NCBI GenBank assembly: GCA_028289135.1 | Contig: JAQGGW010000002.1 | Location: 36,255 to 100,254, forward strand | DNA length: 64,000 bases | Direction of reading: 5' to 3' | DNA from: Candidatus Saccharimonadota bacterium | GTDB taxonomy: Bacteria; Patescibacteriota; Saccharimonadia; Saccharimonadales; JACDBH01 | Shown here: positions 18,296 to 31,027 of the stretch, piece after piece | Layout: every line of letters begins with the position of its first letter | Position numbering within the stretch: the first letter of the stretch is position 1 | The notes under the pieces: generated by a model | The model's database searches: none | What the model saw: the letters and a program-made list of their open reading frames with translations, nothing else | What the model was told of the DNA's origin: nothing | Translations under genes and position numbers: made by a program

Positions 18296-18919
18296 ATGAA
18301 CGTATGGGGGTTGGGACTGGTCGTAGGAGCATTGCTCGCAGCTGCTCTTGCTTTCGTGTGGGTTGCCTATACCCTCGGTGGCGGGAACAAAGCCCGCGGC
18401 AAGGCGCAGAACGATGCTTTTACAGAGCTAGCCGAAAAAGACGTTGAAAGTATTTTTAATGACGACTTTAGGGAAGAGCTTCGTAACCGCGCGCGGCTTC
18501 ATTTTGAAAAAATCATCGGTGAAAACGCCATGTTTTTGCAGCAAGACCTCCGTTTGACCACATCGCAGTTAAACGAGTATATGAAGGCCGAGATTACCAA
18601 AACGCTCCAAGAAGAGTTTAGTAAATATGAGCAGTCGATCGACGACGCCAAGCAGCTGGCAGTTGATTCGCTGGCTAAAACCCAGATTATTATCGAAGAA
18701 GAGCGCCGGGTCCTAAACGCCAACCTCCAAAAGGAGTTTGAGGGCGAGCGTGAGAGGCTTATTAAGAAGTTTGAAGATAATTTGGCCGAGATTGTTAACC
18801 ACTATGTATTAGACGCCGTTGGCAATGAGATTGACCTGAGCGACCAGCTCGAATTTATCCTCAATGAGTTAGAGGCTAACAAGGCGGCTATTGTGGAGGA
18901 TATCCGCAGTGGCGCTTAA
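18296..18919 (+). CDS. F0 subunit b-like protein
   Basis: Single N-terminal TM plus a long charged coiled coil, positioned before the delta-like gene. Start reassigned to MNVWG. Confidence 0.6.
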   Translation: MNVWGLGLVVGALLAAALAFVWVAYTLGGGNKARGKAQNDAFTELAEKDVESIFNDDFREELRNRARLHFEKIIGENAMFLQQDLRLTTSQLNEYMKAEITKTLQEEFSKYEQSIDDAKQLAVDSLAKTQIIIEEERRVLNANLQKEFEGERERLIKKFEDNLAEIVNHYVLDAVGNEIDLSDQLEFILNELEANKAAIVEDIRSGA

Positions 18920-19427
18920 AGAAACTCCCAAAGCCGTACATGCTTCACAGCCCGCTGTCCTAGCGCTGCCGGTGCAAATTTTGACCTCTGGTGATATTTC
19001 ACGATTGGTGCGCGAAATTGAAGAAATCGAGGAATTTTTTGACAAGGCCGCGCTGCAGAGCACAACGACTAAGGCAATGCCTCAGGCCAGCCAGCAGCTT
19101 ACGGTGTTAATTGGTGACAACAAGCTAAACATTTTGCATAAAAAAGACCGCGAGTCGATTGATGGCTTTTTGAAAGACGTCCGCCAAAAGGCGCCGGTTA
19201 TCCACCTGAGCTTTGCCACAGACCCAAAGCCGGATTTTTTGATGAAGCTTATCGTGTGGTTTAGGAGCAACGCGCACCCCTATGTTCTGATCAAAATAGG
19301 GCTCCAGCCAAACATCGCTGCCGGCTGCGTACTGCGTACCACCAACAAATATTTTGACTTTAGCTTTAAAGAGCATTTTGAGGAAAGCAAGGCCAAGCTA
19401 TCAGTGGCCATGAGGGCTTCAACGTGA
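18909..19427 (+). CDS. F1 delta/OSCP-like protein (divergent)
   Basis: C-terminal [21 protein letters not shown] resembles the delta D..LIGG.......D.S motif. GTG start follows GGAGGA. Confidence 0.6.
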   Translation: MALKETPKAVHASQPAVLALPVQILTSGDISRLVREIEEIEEFFDKAALQSTTTKAMPQASQQLTVLIGDNKLNILHKKDRESIDGFLKDVRQKAPVIHLSFATDPKPDFLMKLIVWFRSNAHPYVLIKIGLQPNIAAGCVLRTTNKYFDFSFKEHFEESKAKLSVAMRAST

Positions 19428-20850
19428 GCGTTAGCGCCAATGTTCACTTTCAGCGCTTAGTCGAAAAGGGCAACCCAATCGGCGAGGTTATTGCCGTTAA
19501 TAAGTTTTTGATCACAATCCGCGGTTTAAGCCCGATTAACGTCCATTCGCTGGTATTGTTCGAAGACGGCTCCAAAGGCTACGTCCACCAGATTTATGAA
19601 GAAGAAGTGATTGTATTGCAGCTTAGTCCGGCCCAGATCACCATTGGAATGGTTGTGGTTTTGCAGCACCCAGAGCTGGTTACCAAAGTTGGCAAAGATT
19701 TTATCGGCCGCGTCATATCCGTAACGGGTGAGCCTTTGGACGGCCTTGGGCCGATTGCGGCCGATGCCGTTTGGCCGGTTTTTCACAAAGCCCCTGCCAT
19801 GTACCAGCGCGAGCAGCTTAAAGAGCAGCTGGTTAGCGGTGTGACTCTGATTGATTCATTACTGCCGCTTGCCAAGGGCCAGCGCATTGCCATTTTGGGC
19901 GACAGCAAGTCGGGCAAAACAACGCTTGGCACGCAGCTGGTTATTAACCAAAAAGATACCGATGTTTTGGTGGTGTATGTGCTAATTGCCAAGCGCCGGA
20001 GCGACGTCGAGACACTGCTTGAGCGCTTGCGCGACAATGACGCATTAAAAAACTCCATCGTGATTGTATCAACCATGTTTGAGTCACTAATTATGAGTTA
20101 TCTGGCACCATATGTTGCGTGTTCTATGGCAGAATATTTGTGGCAAAAATGCGACCGTGATGTGGTGATTGTCTATGACGACCTAACTTCCCACGCCCAG
20201 GCCTACCGTGAAATCGCACTCTTAAGCGGCACTAGTCCGGGCCGTGACTCATATCCTGGTGACATGTTCTATGTGCACTCGAGCCTGCTGGAGCGGGCCG
20301 GCAAGCTTAAAACAAACCATAAAACTTTGACTGTTTTACCTTTGGTGCTGGCCTCTGGCGGCGACATTACGGCATTTTTGCCAACCAACATTATGTCCAT
20401 TACCGACGGCCAATGGATCTTGGACATGGATATATTCCGCGACGGTCTGCGTCCGGCGGTGAGCGTGGGGCTGAGTGTTACGCGTGTCGGCGGACGTGGG
20501 CATAACGACCGTCAAAAACAGTTAGCTGGGCAAGCAATGCAGGTTCTGGCGGCCTATCGTTTGGCCCAGGAATTTTCGCACTTTGGATCCGAAATGGCGC
20601 TGACGACCAAAAATGACCTGGAAACCGGCAAACGGCTGATTGAAATCTTAAAACAGGTACCGGGCGACAGTTTTACGGTTTATAACCAACAGCTTATGCT
20701 CGACATTGCATTGAACGCCAAAGAAGGCGAATTAATTGATGTCCGCGCCATGAAAACAGCGGTTCACGGCATTAAAGAAGTTATTACTGAAGCAAATTAC
20801 GAAAAGATTAAAGCCGAACTGCGCATCAAGAGCCTGGTAGAGGTTAAGAA

Positions 20851-20854
<4 letters not shown>
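19424..20854 (+). CDS. atpA: F1 ATPase alpha-like subunit (divergent)
   Basis: [53 protein letters not shown] and SVTRVGG (Arg finger). Confidence 0.93.
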
Positions 20855-23026
<2,172 letters not shown>

Positions 23027-23027
<1 letters not shown>

Positions 23028-23332
23028 TGGCTGATGTAATTACGGAGGGTAGCGTTGTTTCTCAAACTCCGATTGAGGATAAAGAGAAGCGGACGATTCA
23101 TATAAAAGTCTATTCGCCGTTTAAAACTTATTTTAATGAGGACGCCTACAGCATTTCGGCCGTAAACAGCACAGGCCCATTCGACATTTTGCCCAAACAT
23201 CATAACTTTATGACTCTTTTAAGCCCATGCGAATTGGTCATAAACCGTGATAGCGGGCAGATCAAAATCCGTATTGCCCGCGGTGTTATGCACGTCAAAG
23301 CCAACAACGTCGTTGTTTTCTTGGACGTTTAG
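23027..23332 (+). CDS. atpC: F1 epsilon-like subunit, N-terminal beta-sandwich only
   Basis: KVYSP...GPFDILPKHHNF...IARGVMHVKANNVVV; stops before the C-terminal helices. Confidence 0.8.
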
Positions 23333-23352
23333 AAATTTGCTCCCAAAGCCTC

Positions 23353-23485
23353 ACTCCTTGGAAGTTTCGGCACATTGATTTAGCCGCTGGAGACGTGTTT
23401 ACGCTATTAAATCAACGTGCCTAAACTTCCCGTAAAGCTCACCATGTATTTGAAAGCTTTGTGAAGCCCCCGGATGGGGCTTAAC
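23353..23485 (+). repeat. Dispersed two-hairpin repeat family 2, copy 1
   Basis: GGAAGTTTCGGCACATTGATTTA...TAAATCAACGTGCCTAAACTTCC plus GTGAAGCCCC-CGGAT-GGGGCTTAAC. An inverted copy lies at 42083-42215. Confidence 0.9.
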
Positions 23486-23486
23486 T

Positions 23487-24488
23487 TTAGCCAACGACAA
23501 TGTAGTCGAAAGCCATGCCAGAGGTGTTGTCTGGTGCGTCGGCTGAGGTGCAGATGCTAAATCCACTTGTTGTGCGGTTGACATAATATGCGACGCCGCC
23601 GGCAGTTGAGCTGGCGGGCGAAACAATAACGCGTGGGATGTTTGCGTAGGCGCGTACAAAGGTAAGCGTTATAAAACAGCCAGCAGGAGCACTGTTGCCG
23701 GTGTTGATTGTAACTGTGCCGGAAGTATCGTTGCCGTTGTTGCTGGCGGTGCCGCCGCCGCCAAGCGCGCTGCCGTTGGTATGGCCTGGTGTGCCGCCGC
23801 TGGTTACGATGTGGCTGGAAAGCTGGAGTTCTTTGCCAAGCAGAAGCGAGTCGGCGCTAATCTGGCCGGCTGTTAGTGTGCCGCTAAATGAGCCGCCGCC
23901 AGTTACACTAATGCCGTTCTGGATGGTAACTTTACCCTGGAAAGATGCGTCTCCAGAGTCGGTTAAGGACTTTACGGCTGCTTTGTCTAAGCTGGTGGTG
24001 CCGCCAACTGTCAGGCCGGGCAAAGATAGTGGCCCGCCGACCTTAAGCGTGCCTGCCAGGTCAACGTTTCCGTGGATGATAACGCCGCCCGCGAAGATTG
24101 CGTTGGATTCGACATTAAGGGTCTGCTTGGCATCACCAACGGTTGTGTCGGTGCTGGCAAGCTTGTCCAACGAATCTTGTGTTAGCTTCTGGGTAGTCAG
24201 GGTGCCGTCTTGGACGGCTTTACGGTTCTGCAGCACGGCATAATAAGATATGCCGCCCAAGATAAACAAAACTAAAATCAAAAGAAAGGTATAAAGGTTT
24301 AGTTTGCCTAGCAGCTTTTTTACGCCTTTGTCTTCGGATGGCTTGTCTGATCTGGGCAGGGGGGCTTGCGTTATGATTGTGCCAGCAGTGGAAGTTTGGG
24401 GCGCGCTAACGACACCGGTCTGATCTGGGATTTCGGCTGGAGTTTCGAGCGAATCGCTCTCTATAATCGGCTGGTTTTTATTATCCAT
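23487..24488 (-). CDS. Membrane-anchored Gly/Thr-rich beta-repeat (fibre/beta-helix-like) protein
   Basis: One TM, then repeating (V/L/I)xGx(L/V)x hexads and a compact C-terminal domain ending FDYIVVG. Confidence 0.6.
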   Translation of the reverse strand: MDNKNQPIIESDSLETPAEIPDQTGVVSAPQTSTAGTIITQAPLPRSDKPSEDKGVKKLLGKLNLYTFLLILVLFILGGISYYAVLQNRKAVQDGTLTTQKLTQDSLDKLASTDTTVGDAKQTLNVESNAIFAGGVIIHGNVDLAGTLKVGGPLSLPGLTVGGTTSLDKAAVKSLTDSGDASFQGKVTIQNGISVTGGGSFSGTLTAGQISADSLLLGKELQLSSHIVTSGGTPGHTNGSALGGGGTASNNGNDTSGTVTINTGNSAPAGCFITLTFVRAYANIPRVIVSPASSTAGGVAYYVNRTTSGFSICTSADAPDNTSGMAFDYIVVG

Positions 24489-24635
24489 TCAAGGTCTGCT
24501 GTTTAAGCTTATATATATGATACAGGCTAAGAGGCAAAAGCGTAAGCATAATTACACTAAGCTTTAAAAAAGCATACTAATTTGGACGTGATGTAAATGG
24601 CGTTAGAAGCAAAAGCACTATATAATGAAGCGGCT

Positions 24636-25400
24636 ATGAGGCTACGTTCAATCTCCCGTCTTATTACGCTTATCCTGAGCGCTTTGTCTATTTTATTTTT
24701 ACTGACTCCTTTTGCATACGCCCAAACAAACCCAACTTCTGGTCTGTATTCGACAAGAGAGTATTATTTTGGTACTGGCGGCGACACCAATTTAAGCAGC
24801 AGCCAGTATAGTGCCCGGACGGCAACAGGCACGCTGGGTGTTGGTGATACGGCAGGTACGGCGAATAAGGCTAACGCAGGACCTATAACACCGGATCAGC
24901 CATATATTGAAATGGTAGTTACTTCATCTACCGTTGCTTTGGGCAACCAAACCACATCTAACACCAAAGAAGGTACAGCAGCATTTTATGTAAAAGCATA
25001 TGTTGCCCAGGGTTATGTGGTACGAAACGCTTCAGCTCCTTTAAGCATTCCATCGCACACAATGGCGGCACCGTCCACGCCAACGGCATCCGCTATTGGT
25101 ACTGAACAGTTTGGTATTAACCTGGCAGGGCCAAATAGCTGTGCGCTTTGTTTGCCGCTAACTTCATTTGGCGCAAACCCCGTACAAGTGCCAGACAGTT
25201 CTTTTAGTTTTGGAACGGCAGCCACGGGCTACGATACAGCCGGAGTATATAAGTATGTTAATGGCGACGTAATTGCCCAGTCTCTAAAAAGTTCGGGTGA
25301 AACCGACTACACGATATCTTATATATTGAACATTAGTACCACGACACCAGCAGGCAGTTATTCCATGGCTCATGTGCTTGTAGCCACCGCAACATATTAA
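24636..25400 (+). CDS. Secreted WxL/pilin-like protein (single domain)
   Basis: Signal peptide (AYA|Q), EQFGINL, and C-terminus TPAGSYSMAHVLVATATY. Confidence 0.65.
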   Translation: MRLRSISRLITLILSALSILFLLTPFAYAQTNPTSGLYSTREYYFGTGGDTNLSSSQYSARTATGTLGVGDTAGTANKANAGPITPDQPYIEMVVTSSTVALGNQTTSNTKEGTAAFYVKAYVAQGYVVRNASAPLSIPSHTMAAPSTPTASAIGTEQFGINLAGPNSCALCLPLTSFGANPVQVPDSSFSFGTAATGYDTAGVYKYVNGDVIAQSLKSSGETDYTISYILNISTTTPAGSYSMAHVLVATATY

Positions 25401-25551
25401 AAGTTTTATATATTCATATGATATAAATGTAAATAAATAATGAAAAATATTTGAAAATAAAACTGAGAAAATTAAATTTGATTACCTAAAAAGCTTATGC
25501 TATTATTTTCTGGAACAGGCAGTTATTTTAAAATAAAAATGAGAGAGTGTT

Positions 25552-26757
25552 GTGGGAAAAAGTAAATATATTACTTATGGTTTTTTTGATTTTATAAAAA
25601 AAGCTTTTTATATAGCCGGTGCAGCTATGATTACTATAAGTACGTTATTATTAATGGCTCCACAAAGCGCATCGGCTGCCGCAGGCACGCCGCGTATGAT
25701 AATAATGAGTACCTCGTCAAATGCAGTAGCAGCGACAACGACATATCAGGTGCAGTTTAAAACTATGTCAACTTACACCGGCCAAGCCATAGTAATTGAC
25801 TTCTGTACTTCACCTATCCTGGGCAGTACATGTACCATTCCTACTGGTTTTACTGTAGGCGGTACGCCATCTGTCACAACCAACACCGCGCCAATGACCT
25901 CGCAAGTATGGACATCAACATCAGCAAACTCTGGCAGAACGCTTAAGATGACCCAAGCGACTGGTGTTTCATTTACAAGCGCCACAACTGCTGACTTTAC
26001 AATCAATGCCGTACAAAACCCAACAGCATTGGGTACCTTTTACGCACGCATTTATACCTACGCTGCCACAGCAGGTGCGACAAGTTATACGGATACAGCT
26101 CCTGATACAGGTGCAACCCATGTAGATGACGGCGGTGTCGCTCTTTCTACAGATAATATAGTTACAGTGACCGCGAAAATTCAAGAAACTCTTACCTTCT
26201 GTGTCTTTACGAGTGTTTTAACAACCGGTGTAAGCTGCCCTGGAACTGTTTCTGGTATCAAGCTTGGTGATACCAACGGTGTGCTCGCAAGCCCTACAAC
26301 TGCATATTTGTCCTCAACAAATGCCTCAACACCACTCTATGCCCAGCTTGGTCTTGCGAGCAACGCCACGGCTGGCGTTATAGTGCGGGCAAAATCTACG
26401 GGACCATTACAGTCTGGAGCGAATTCCATACTGGGTACAAACGGTGGAACGGGTTCCTGCCTGACAGATCCTGTAACAACTTCTTCAGAATATGTTGGCT
26501 TTAGAGTTACCGCCGGTACTGGCGGTACCGGTACTCAAACAGCGGATCCAGCATACGCTTGCGGCGCAAGCAATAGTCATAGCTGGGATTCAACGCAGCT
26601 AGCACTTGCTATTGGTGACCCAATACTATCAACTGCTGGCCCATCTACTGAGCCAACGACAGAAGCTTTAGTGGACTTTGTGGGTAAATCGTCAACTACG
26701 ACCAAGCCAGGCACATACGCACTGACAATGACTTTTATTGCGACCGGTTCTTATTAG
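25552..26757 (+). CDS. Secreted two-domain WxL/pilin-like protein, paralog A
   Basis: Signal peptide (ASA|A), Thr-rich, Cys pairs; ends TKPGTYALTMTFIATGSY. Confidence 0.7.
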   Translation: MGKSKYITYGFFDFIKKAFYIAGAAMITISTLLLMAPQSASAAAGTPRMIIMSTSSNAVAATTTYQVQFKTMSTYTGQAIVIDFCTSPILGSTCTIPTGFTVGGTPSVTTNTAPMTSQVWTSTSANSGRTLKMTQATGVSFTSATTADFTINAVQNPTALGTFYARIYTYAATAGATSYTDTAPDTGATHVDDGGVALSTDNIVTVTAKIQETLTFCVFTSVLTTGVSCPGTVSGIKLGDTNGVLASPTTAYLSSTNASTPLYAQLGLASNATAGVIVRAKSTGPLQSGANSILGTNGGTGSCLTDPVTTSSEYVGFRVTAGTGGTGTQTADPAYACGASNSHSWDSTQLALAIGDPILSTAGPSTEPTTEALVDFVGKSSTTTKPGTYALTMTFIATGSY

Positions 26758-26897
26758 TATAGTACGTATATTAAATTGAAGCCGGCATAAGAGTAAGGGT
26801 GTGGATAAGTGCATCAATAATCTAATTGTGGCGCTAAACTGTTTATGTTACATTTCTTCTTGTAGGAAAACCAAATAAAAATTAAAAGGAAAATATA

Positions 26898-28088
26898 ATG
26901 TCAAAAATATCTCGCTTAATGAAGCGAATTTCATATATCACCGCTGCGACGGTGATCAGTCTGGGCTCCCTGCTTGGATTTGTGTCGCAAAGCGCATCAG
27001 CTGCTGCAGGCACGCCGCGTCTAATAATGATGAGTAACTCATCGAATGCTGCCGCAACCGCGACAACCGGTTATCAAGTGCAGTTTAAAACGATGTCAAC
27101 ATATACAGGCCAGGCTATTATTGTTGATTTCTGTACATCACCTATTCTAAGTACAACGTGTACAGCTCCAACAGGTTTCAGCGCCGCTGCCGTAACCATA
27201 ACGACTAACACTGCTCCGATGAACACCCAGACATGGACTGCAGCTGCTATAAACTCAAACAGAACAGTCAAACTTACTCAGGCTACTGGCGTGTCGTTTA
27301 CATCAGCTACTACCGCAGACTTTACGCTGAACTTCATCCAGAACCCTACGGCATTAGGTACATTCTACGCTCGTATTTATACTTACTCCGCTGTAGCCGG
27401 TGGAACGAGTTATGTAGACACCGCTCCTGATACAGGCGCAACACATGTTGACGATGGTGGTGTAGCACTTTCTACAGATAACACTGTTACTGTGACAGCC
27501 AAAGTCCAAGAAACTCTTACCTTCTGTGTTTTCACTAGTGTCTCAACAACAGGTGTAAGCTGCCCTGGAACAATTTCCGGTGTGGTCTTAGGTGATACTA
27601 ACGGCGTTCTATCAAGCACTACTACTAACTACCTCTCCAACACTGCTGGTGTAACACCGTTCTACGCACAGCTTGGTCTGGCGAGTAACGCTACAGGTGG
27701 TGTAATAGTGCGAGCAAAATCCACAGGTACATTAACTTCAGGCGCTAATACACTTGCTACGTCAGGTACTGGCTCGGGCTCATGTACTGCCGACTCAGCT
27801 GCCGCAGGAACAGAACAGTTTGGCTTTAACGTCACTGCTGGTACTGGTGGTACTGGAACGCAAACGGCTGACGCAGGTTATGCTTGTGGTGCTGGTAGTC
27901 ATAGCTTTGACACAACCAACACGCCAAACCTAACAAGTGCAACAGGTGACCCAGTACTAAGTACTGCTGGCCCATCTACCGAGCCAACAACCGAAGCATT
28001 GGTACAGTTTATGGCTAAGGCATCGACAACAACCAAATCTGGTGTCTATACCTCAACATTTACCTTCATTGCAACAGGTTCTTACTAA
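26898..28088 (+). CDS. Secreted two-domain WxL/pilin-like protein, paralog B
   Basis: Long identical stretches with paralog A; ends TKSGVYTSTFTFIATGSY. Confidence 0.7.
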   Translation: MSKISRLMKRISYITAATVISLGSLLGFVSQSASAAAGTPRLIMMSNSSNAAATATTGYQVQFKTMSTYTGQAIIVDFCTSPILSTTCTAPTGFSAAAVTITTNTAPMNTQTWTAAAINSNRTVKLTQATGVSFTSATTADFTLNFIQNPTALGTFYARIYTYSAVAGGTSYVDTAPDTGATHVDDGGVALSTDNTVTVTAKVQETLTFCVFTSVSTTGVSCPGTISGVVLGDTNGVLSSTTTNYLSNTAGVTPFYAQLGLASNATGGVIVRAKSTGTLTSGANTLATSGTGSGSCTADSAAAGTEQFGFNVTAGTGGTGTQTADAGYACGAGSHSFDTTNTPNLTSATGDPVLSTAGPSTEPTTEALVQFMAKASTTTKSGVYTSTFTFIATGSY

Positions 28089-28112
28089 ACCTATAAAGGA
28101 ATAGAAAATCGA

Positions 28113-29171
28113 ATGCGCCTAACAGTAGGACAAAAAACTTTTGGACTACTGGCGGGGATAACGGCCTTGCTACTGATAGCAAGGCCGTTTGCTATTACCC
28201 ATGCAATTGTTAGCACGCTCCCCAACAGGTATGTAAAAATCTCTGATAGTACAGCAGGCACCTCAGGGGTTGAGTATGAATTAGGCTTTGACGCTACAAT
28301 TCCCGGCACACTGGGTTCAATAGAGGCTGAATTTTGTGAGAACGACCCTTTCCCGGGCACGCCTTGTACAGTCCCTGCAGGGTTTGATATTTCTGCAGCA
28401 ACGCTTGTATCACAATCTGGAACTAATGATTTTACTATAGACGCCCTTGGCACCAACGCGCACAGAATGGTACTTTCACGCGTGCCCTCGGCCGTTGGAG
28501 CCGTTACGTTCAAGTTTTTATTTAATGGTGTTACTAACCCTTCCGCAACTGGCACGCAGTATGTGCGTTTGACAACCTACTCTGGCGCTAACAGGGGCGG
28601 AAGTGTAACGGATAAAGCCGGCATAGCCTTCTCAATAAATGGCGATCTGAGCATTAGTACAGAAGTACCTCCGCATTTAGATATGTGTGTTGGCGTAACG
28701 ATTCCAAGCATAGATTGCACTAGTGTAGTTGGCGATACTATTAATATGGGTACTTTAAAAACTTCCACGCCAGCAGTTGCTAGTTCGCAGTTTGTTGTAG
28801 GCACCAATGCGGACAACGGCTACACCGTGACAGTTTCAGGCGCTCCTTTAACATCCGGTAACAATGTGCTGCAGGCGCTTACGAGCCTTACAACATCGAC
28901 ACCTGGTGTAAACCAATTTGGGATGAATCTGCGCCAAAACGTTGCGCCTGTAGTGGGCAATGAGCCTGCAGGTGTTGGTAGTGCTTTGCCAGTGGGGAAT
29001 TACAATATACCGGACAACTTTATATTTAAAAGCGGGGACGTGATCGTCTCTGCATCAGCTCCAGATAACTACCGAAGGTTTACGGCTAGTTATATTGCTA
29101 ATATTGATAACAAACAGCCTATAGGCTTTTACGCAACAACTATAAGTTTTATTGCTCTTGGCAGCTTTTAG
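28113..29171 (+). CDS. Secreted two-domain WxL/pilin-like protein, paralog C
   Basis: Shares FC..P..G..CT.P.GF, NP...GT.Y.R..TY and QFGMNL; ends QPIGFYATTISFIALGSF. Confidence 0.7.
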   Translation: MRLTVGQKTFGLLAGITALLLIARPFAITHAIVSTLPNRYVKISDSTAGTSGVEYELGFDATIPGTLGSIEAEFCENDPFPGTPCTVPAGFDISAATLVSQSGTNDFTIDALGTNAHRMVLSRVPSAVGAVTFKFLFNGVTNPSATGTQYVRLTTYSGANRGGSVTDKAGIAFSINGDLSISTEVPPHLDMCVGVTIPSIDCTSVVGDTINMGTLKTSTPAVASSQFVVGTNADNGYTVTVSGAPLTSGNNVLQALTSLTTSTPGVNQFGMNLRQNVAPVVGNEPAGVGSALPVGNYNIPDNFIFKSGDVIVSASAPDNYRRFTASYIANIDNKQPIGFYATTISFIALGSF

Positions 29172-29174
29172 CAG

Positions 29175-29852
29175 TTATTTAGGTAACAAAGTTTTAATTG
29201 CTGTTATGATTGGAGACTCATCTTCTGGGATTCCGCGGTCCGTATAGACAAACATATAGGTATGTAGACCTTTTTTAGGTCCAGTGAAGTGCAGGGCAGT
29301 ACCGGTGGCTTTATCAGAAACACCAATTACATTGTCGGTAGCATTACTAAGGTCGCACAAAAAGTTTGCCCCTTGCCACCTGGATGGGACTTTAAGGTTT
29401 GCATCACTAACTTTTGGCGTAAAGCCTGAGCAGTTATCGGATACTGTTTCTAATGACGGTACATTATCTATTATATTTACCGTGATTATCCTGTTGAACG
29501 CTGTATCTGTTGGTAATCTATCCGTATACAGCTCTAGCCAACGATTTTTAGCCCCGCTTTGCATCTCCCACTTTATGCTGTTGTATCTGGTGTCTTCGTT
29601 TGTGGCTATTTGTTTCCAATCCGACGGCAGTTGCATGGTATATAAATCTGTATCGATTTTTAGAGGCTTATTATCGTTACCGGGATTAAATAACTGTTTA
29701 CTACCGGTGGTCTGTTTAATAGAGGTTGAAGCCGTACGGTAATATACAAACCAAAAAAGTGCAATACTACCTATTATAGAAAGCAAAACAAATGCGCTTA
29801 GCACGTAAATATGATGCTTGGTATTTCGTTTTTTATGCCCAATCCTGTACAT
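29175..29852 (-). CDS. Membrane-anchored hypothetical protein
   Basis: Basic N-terminus, one TM, and an extracellular domain with a Cys pair. Confidence 0.7.
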   Translation of the reverse strand: MYRIGHKKRNTKHHIYVLSAFVLLSIIGSIALFWFVYYRTASTSIKQTTGSKQLFNPGNDNKPLKIDTDLYTMQLPSDWKQIATNEDTRYNSIKWEMQSGAKNRWLELYTDRLPTDTAFNRIITVNIIDNVPSLETVSDNCSGFTPKVSDANLKVPSRWQGANFLCDLSNATDNVIGVSDKATGTALHFTGPKKGLHTYMFVYTDRGIPEDESPIITAIKTLLPK

Positions 29853-29994
29853 TATCTCTTATTCTAAAAGGTTGTGCTTATAAATACTAATAATTTTTTA
29901 CTACACCTTTGTATAGACAGCACCACAAGCAGTTTGCTACCATAGGTGAGTTAGCTACTAAAAAATAAACCGATGTATTTTGATTAGGGGTGTT

Positions 29995-30963
29995 ATGTCT
30001 TATACCAAACGTGTTGCCAATGTTCTATTAACCGCAATTATGGTGTTTTCTACGGCTGGGACTGCTTATGCACAAGCTACTACGCCAAAAGCTAACGGCT
30101 ACAGGATCTCTCCGCTTAGGACAGAATTAACTATTGAAAAAGGAACTTCGCAGACAGCAACGGTTAGTATAGAAAACCCGTCGAAAGTGCCGTTTAAAGT
30201 GAAGGGTGTTATAAATGACTTTGAGGCAAGCGACTCAGAAAACGGCCAGCCGGGGTTACTATTAGACGGTAGCTATGCTCCAAGCCATAGCCTAAAGAGG
30301 TTTGTCTCTGATCCAGCCGAAGTTGACTTGGCACCAAACGAGCGCAAAGAGGTTAAGGTTGTAATATCCATACCTTCAAATGCAGCAGCTGGTGGCTATT
30401 ACGGCGCTATTCGCTTCTTGCCAGTTGAAACCGTTGCTGGTGCTAATGTCTCGCTTGCAGCAAGCGTTGGTTCATTATTTTTAGTAAACGTCCCTGGAAA
30501 TATTAATGAGCACCTTCAGCTGTTGCAATTTGGAGCCGCATCTAATGGTTCTATTAAAAAAGTTATTACTGGGGGGCCAGTAAGTATAATTACCCGCTTC
30601 AAGAATGACGGTGATACTCACGAAAAACCATTTGGCAAAATCCAGGTCAAAGACAGCAAGGGCAAAGTAGTGGCTGAAGAAGAAATTAACAATGTCGAGC
30701 CGAAATCTAATGTCCTGCCAGCAAGTATCCGAAAATTTGAAACAAAGCTTAAAAATAGCAAGTGGTTTGGATACTACACGGTTACTGCCGGTTATGGCTA
30801 CAATCCATCCAATGGTGAACTTATTACCGCAAAGGCTAGCTTTTGGTATGTTCCTTTCTGGGTATTAGCACTAGTGATAATTTTTATCCTTGCAGTGCTA
30901 GGCGCTATCTATATGATTTACCGAAAAATTCAAAAAAGCCGCACAAAGCGCACACGCAGCTAA
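29995..30963 (+). CDS. DUF916/WxL-interacting, PapD-chaperone-like surface protein with C-terminal TM anchor
   Basis: Signal peptide; GYRISPLRTEL; V.I.IP.NAAAGGYYGAI; F.N.G..H..P.G; C-terminal TM with basic tail. Confidence 0.7.
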   Translation: MSYTKRVANVLLTAIMVFSTAGTAYAQATTPKANGYRISPLRTELTIEKGTSQTATVSIENPSKVPFKVKGVINDFEASDSENGQPGLLLDGSYAPSHSLKRFVSDPAEVDLAPNERKEVKVVISIPSNAAAGGYYGAIRFLPVETVAGANVSLAASVGSLFLVNVPGNINEHLQLLQFGAASNGSIKKVITGGPVSIITRFKNDGDTHEKPFGKIQVKDSKGKVVAEEEINNVEPKSNVLPASIRKFETKLKNSKWFGYYTVTAGYGYNPSNGELITAKASFWYVPFWVLALVIIFILAVLGAIYMIYRKIQKSRTKRTRS

Positions 30964-31027
30964 GTACTAAAATGTAATATTGGCGGTAAGTGTGGGTAAG
31001 CATAAAAGGTTTGCTATAATCAATCAT

